Shown one piece after another: positions 59,785-64,000 of a stretch of DNA of 64,000 nucleotides. Position 1 is the stretch's first letter, and each line of letters opens with the position of its first letter. Source of the DNA: Brevinematales bacterium (GTDB taxonomy: Bacteria > Spirochaetota > Brevinematia > Brevinematales > JAOACQ01); assembly GCA_020052515.1 (NCBI GenBank), contig JAGVOW010000027.1:199-64198 (forward strand). The letters run 5' to 3'. Under the pieces are notes generated by a model. It saw nothing but the letters and a program-made list of their open reading frames with translations. It searched no databases and was not told the origin of the DNA. A program made the position numbers and the translations under genes.

Positions 59785-61854
59785 TTGGAAAGGGAATCTT
59801 TTCTGGGAAAATTTAAAAGGTTTTTATTAGGTAAAGCCCGTAATCCGAAAGAGGCCGGTATCTTTCACAAACTTTCCCTGACAGCGCTTTTGGCCTGGGT
59901 AGGGTTCGGCTTAGACGGAATATCCTCCTCCTGCTACGGCCCGCCAGAGGCTTTTCTTGGCCTGGGAGGGCATTATTATTTAAGTTTCTTTCTGGCCATT
60001 ATGATAGTGATTACCGTTTTGGTTATCAGCGCGAGCTATATGCAGATTATTGATCTTTTTCCAAGCGGCGGCGGGGGTTATTTAGTCGCGAGCAAACTCC
60101 TTTCCCCCGAAATCGGCATGGTATCCGGTTGCGCCCTGATTGTAGATTATATCCTGACTATTACCGTTTCCGTAACAGCCGGTGTAGAAGCCGTATTCAG
60201 TTTTCTGCCGGCCGAGTGGGTTCAATACAAAGTTGCAACCTGTGTGATCATACTGATCCTCTTGATGATTTTAAACCTTCGGGGAGTAAAAGAGTCTATT
60301 CTTCCCTTAGTTCCAATTTTTATGGTTTTTCTACTGACCCATGTCAGCGCTATTTTATACGCTTTTATAACCCATGCCGGCCAATTTCCTACTATATTTC
60401 ATCAATCCACCTTTGATTTCGGCCAATCCGCAGCACAGATCGGTACGCTGGGAGTTGTATTTCTGTTGCTCCATGCCTACAGTGTAGGAAGCGGTACTTA
60501 TACCGGAATTGAGGCCGTCAGCAACGGCATCCCGCTGCTGCGTGAGCCGCGTGTGGAAAATGGTAAAAAAACGACCATTTATATGGCTTTGAGCCTTTCA
60601 TTTATGGCAGGCGGACTCATTATGAGCTATCTTTTTTACCAGGTTGTGCCCCAGGAGGGAAAGACCTTAAACGCCGTTCTGATGGGCCAGATCGCTCAAG
60701 GATGGCCTGGAGGCAATTGGTTTGTCTTTTTTGCTATTTTGTCGGAAGCGTTTATTCTTCTGGTCGCCGCCCAGACAGGGTTTCTGGGAGGGCCTAGAGT
60801 CATTGCCAATATGGCTTTAGACCGCTGGATACCTTATCGTTACGCTCTTTTGAGTGATCGATTGGTTACTCAAAATGGAGTATTGGTAATGGGAGTTGGC
60901 GCTATTTTAATTTTATTAGCCGCTAAAGGCTCTGTCAGCTTCTTACTGGTTCTTTACAGTATCAACGTGTTTCTCACATTTACACTTTCTCAATTGGGAA
61001 TGATTAAACACTGGTGGACCATCAGAAAAAGTGAAAAGAATTATTTGCAAAAACTTTTTATTAATGGTATCGGCTTTATCCTGACAAGTTTTATTCTGGT
61101 TACGGTAATCGTTGTAAAATTTTTTGAAGGCGGCTGGCTTACTCTTATGATTACGGGTTCTCTGGCTATCTTAGCCGCGCTTGTAAAGCGGCAATATAAC
61201 AGTACCGGGAAGCTTTTAAAACGTTTGGATAATTTAGCTCAGGTAGTTTTACAGGAAAACGCCGCCCAAAAAGTAAAAACCCAAAAAGAGCCTGCTCAAA
61301 AACCTCCGAAAGCATCTCCAGGTGACAAAACCGCTTTTATCCTGGTCAATGGTTTCTACGGAGTCAGCCTGCACACTTTGTTCAGCGTCATCCGGACTTT
61401 TCCAAATTATTTCAAAAATTTTGTTTTTATTCAAATCGGGCTGATTGACGCGGGCGCGTTTAAAGGCACAAGCGACATAGATAATTTAGGAAAAAGCATT
61501 CAAACGGACCTGGCAAAATACGTCGATTATATGGAACAAAATGGATTTTACGCGGAAAGCCAGCATTCTTTTGGGACTGATGTAGTAGATGAAGTAGAAA
61601 AACTGACAAAAGAATTGGTACAACGCTTTCCAAATAGTATTTTATTTACAGGCCAGCTTATCTTTCAAAAGGAATCCTGGTTTGGCCGCTTTCTGCATAA
61701 CTATGCCGCCTTTGCTATCCAAAAACGCCTTTATTATCTAGGGCTTCCTGTTCTAATTCTGCCGATTCGCGTACAAAGCGCCTCCTCCTCTCAAAATCCA
61801 AAAGGAAAAGCTTCTCATGACGGCGAAGCCGAAAACGCTTTGTTTATTAGTTGA
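59785..61854 (+). CDS. APC-superfamily transporter, KimA/YdaO-like
   Basis: DGISSSCYG.PE, PSGGGGY, DYILT, NLRG.KES, TGIEAVSNG; TTG start after GAGAGG inferred. Confidence 0.8.
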   Translation: MERESFLGKFKRFLLGKARNPKEAGIFHKLSLTALLAWVGFGLDGISSSCYGPPEAFLGLGGHYYLSFFLAIMIVITVLVISASYMQIIDLFPSGGGGYLVASKLLSPEIGMVSGCALIVDYILTITVSVTAGVEAVFSFLPAEWVQYKVATCVIILILLMILNLRGVKESILPLVPIFMVFLLTHVSAILYAFITHAGQFPTIFHQSTFDFGQSAAQIGTLGVVFLLLHAYSVGSGTYTGIEAVSNGIPLLREPRVENGKKTTIYMALSLSFMAGGLIMSYLFYQVVPQEGKTLNAVLMGQIAQGWPGGNWFVFFAILSEAFILLVAAQTGFLGGPRVIANMALDRWIPYRYALLSDRLVTQNGVLVMGVGAILILLAAKGSVSFLLVLYSINVFLTFTLSQLGMIKHWWTIRKSEKNYLQKLFINGIGFILTSFILVTVIVVKFFEGGWLTLMITGSLAILAALVKRQYNSTGKLLKRLDNLAQVVLQENAAQKVKTQKEPAQKPPKASPGDKTAFILVNGFYGVSLHTLFSVIRTFPNYFKNFVFIQIGLIDAGAFKGTSDIDNLGKSIQTDLAKYVDYMEQNGFYAESQHSFGTDVVDEVEKLTKELVQRFPNSILFTGQLIFQKESWFGRFLHNYAAFAIQKRLYYLGLPVLILPIRVQSASSSQNPKGKASHDGEAENALFIS

Positions 61855-62197
61855 TAAATTTATTTAAGTAATAAACAAAGCGGGCGGCAAAGAAGAGGCA
61901 GTCAGGTCATGGTTGTACCACATAGCATGTGTCTTGACACTCAGCGCATCACATTGATTAAGCTGGGGAGTTCCCAAACCAATCACATCCATAATCGCGG
62001 ATGGGGTATCCGCTTTTACCCATGTCTCTATAGGAAAATTGACAGCACAATTCCAGTGCCTTCGTTAAATTTTCAGTCGGAGGCTGTTTCGCATTACAAT
62101 ATTTGCGTTTTGGACTTTATCGATTAGTAATATCCGATTGCAAAAATAGTTTTACTGTGATAAAATGTACATGCCTTTGAAAAAGAGGAAGTAATTT

Positions 62198-63618
62198 ATG
62201 AGTGGTTTAAAAGACATCAAAATCATGGCGATTGACGATGAACCTTCTATTCTATTCGCGATCAAATCAACTCTGTCAGAATACTCTATCGAAACTTACA
62301 GCGACCCGGAAGCGGCATTGTTTGAGTTGAAGGCCAATCCCTATGACATTTTTATTGTCGACCATGTGATGTCTCCTCGTTCGGGCCTTGACCTGCTCAA
62401 GGAAATCACTAAATCTTATACCCATTATTCCAGTATTTTGTTATCCGCCTATATTGAAAAAAACCTTCTGGAAGAGATGGCCTGATCGACTATGTTCTGG
62501 ACAAGCCTTTAGATGTTGTGCGTTTAAAAATACTTCTGGATTTGTCGGTCGAAAAGGTCCTCAAGAGAAAAGCCCTGATGGAAAAAGAAAAACTTTTAAC
62601 ACAAGAGCTGTCAAAGTACCAGAATGTGTTTTCCAACGCTATTCATTCTCTTAAAGATATCCGTATTATTACCCAAAATCAAAAAATGAAAGAGCTCATC
62701 AAAAAAGCGGAGACTTTCGCGAACTCAAAAGCGGCTGTTTTGATCACCGGCGAAAGCGGCACGGGGAAAGAGCTTTTTGCCCAATGGATCCATTACAAGA
62801 GCAATAGAAAAGATAAAGCCTTTGTAAAAATCAACTGCTCCGCGATACCGGAAAACCTTTTTGAGTCTGAACTCTTTGGTTATGAAAAAGGCGCTTTTAC
62901 GGGCGCTTTTAAAAGCAAAGCCGGAAAGTTTGAACAATCCAGCGGAGGCACGCTTTTCTTAGACGAAATAGGAGACCTTCCTCTTTCCCAGCAGGCAAAA
63001 CTTTTAAGAATACTTGAAGATAAAGAGCTGGCCAGAATAGGTGGCTCGGAAACTATCAAGCTGGATGTGAGGATCATCTGCGCCACAAATAGAGACCTTA
63101 GTCAAATGTCCACGAAGGGGGCTTTCAGAAACGATTTGTTTTACCGGCTGAATGTGCTAAAGCTCCATATGCCCTCGCTTTCAGAAAGGAAAGAAGACAT
63201 TTCTTTGCTCTCCTTTTATTTTCTAAACCTTATTTCCAATGATGAAGGCGGGCCGGAAAAATATCTGGATGAAAGCGCCTCTTTGTATTTAGAACAATTG
63301 AAATTTCCCGGCAATATAAGGGAGCTGAAGAATTTTACGTACCGCTTGTACTTTCATTCTAAGGAAAAAGTCATTACCCGCAAGGACATTGAAGGCCTCA
63401 CTACCGACCAAAAGACTGATCAAACTGCCTCCGGCCCTTTTGATAAAACTGTTTTTTTCAGCGACTTTAAAAATGAAATGGAAGCCCTTTACCTGAAAAG
63501 GCAGCTCGAAATTTTCGATTACAATATTACTCAAACAGCGAAAGCGCTGGGAATGCCCTCCAGCAATCTATGCCGGAAGCTCAAAGCGCTGAATATCAGG
63601 GTAAGTAAGAATCTGTAA
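62198..63618 (+). pseudogene. sigma54-dependent response regulator split by a frameshift in the REC domain
   Basis: REC frame stops at 62485; GLIDYVLDKP (REC Lys-Pro) lies in the downstream frame carrying GESGTGKE, GAFTGA and the Fis HTH. Confidence 0.75.
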
Positions 63619-63632
63619 CTTTTCCGCTGGAT

Positions 63633-63668
63633 TTCCATAGGCGCGGTTAATTAACCGCGCCTATGGAA
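63633..63668. repeat. Perfect 36-bp palindrome (REP-like or terminator)
   Basis: TTCCATAGGCGCGGTTAA|TTAACCGCGCCTATGGAA. Confidence 0.75.
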
Positions 63669-63883
63669 TGGATATTGCTACTTCGCTATCAAATCGATAA
63701 TTGATTATCAATTTGATAGCGTTTCACTGTGAAACAACCCTTTTTTTCCTTGAAAAACGGCTTTTATAGTGGTAAAATCATTTATTAGTTTTTTAAAAAT
63801 ATCCTTATTCTGCAACAGATTAACCGCATTTTTCATATCAAAAACGTCAAAAAATCCTGACCTTTTTTCTTTTTATTCCACTC

Positions 63884-63899
63884 TGGCACAAATGTTGCA
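63884..63899 (+). promoter_or_regulatory. sigma54 -24/-12 promoter for a gene beyond the window
   Basis: TGGCAC-AAATG-TTGCA; palindrome at 63684-63721 is a candidate activator site. Confidence 0.75.
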
Positions 63900-64000
63900 C
63901 TTGTATTTATGAGAAATTTAGAAATGCTTTGCAAATGAGAAACAAGGAAAGAGTTAATACTGGGCAGTTCTAAAAACTGTTAATTATCTTTTGTTGTGAT

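Noticed and set aside
62483-62485. Selenocysteine read-through of TGA
   Set aside because: The domain continues in a different frame, so read-through would not repair it.

Overview
AT-rich chromosomal window from an anaerobic, flagellated spirochaete-like bacterium. The taxonomy is inferred from gene content (lipoprotein abundance, FlgI, FliA, HprK/HPr, NtrY/NtrX, LacI-sensor fusion). Core content: ruvA, ntrX/ntrY, ptsH-hprK-hpf-fliA, BtuC/BtuF-type ABC parts, alaA, hisD, flgI, hflX, a Campylobacterota-type nifS-nifU pair, a four-gene bifurcating-type [FeFe]-hydrogenase operon, a KimA-like transporter, tRNA-Pro(CGG) and tRNA-Ser(GCT). Accessory patches carry beta-propeller lipoproteins, cysteine proteases, a RAYT-like Y1 transposase with dispersed REP palindromes, an FRG protein and a broken VapBC. 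Main leads: (1) a HypC-like domain with its N-terminal Cys fused to a HydE-like radical SAM enzyme; (2) an STT3/AglB-like GT-C membrane protein with a variant WWDYG motif among exported proteins that look enriched in [T/S]-N dipeptides, hinting at protein glycosylation with a non-canonical sequon; (3) short, synonymously diverged gene-end scars at insertion junctions plus several small deletions. All assignments are from reading motifs by eye; no database searches were run.
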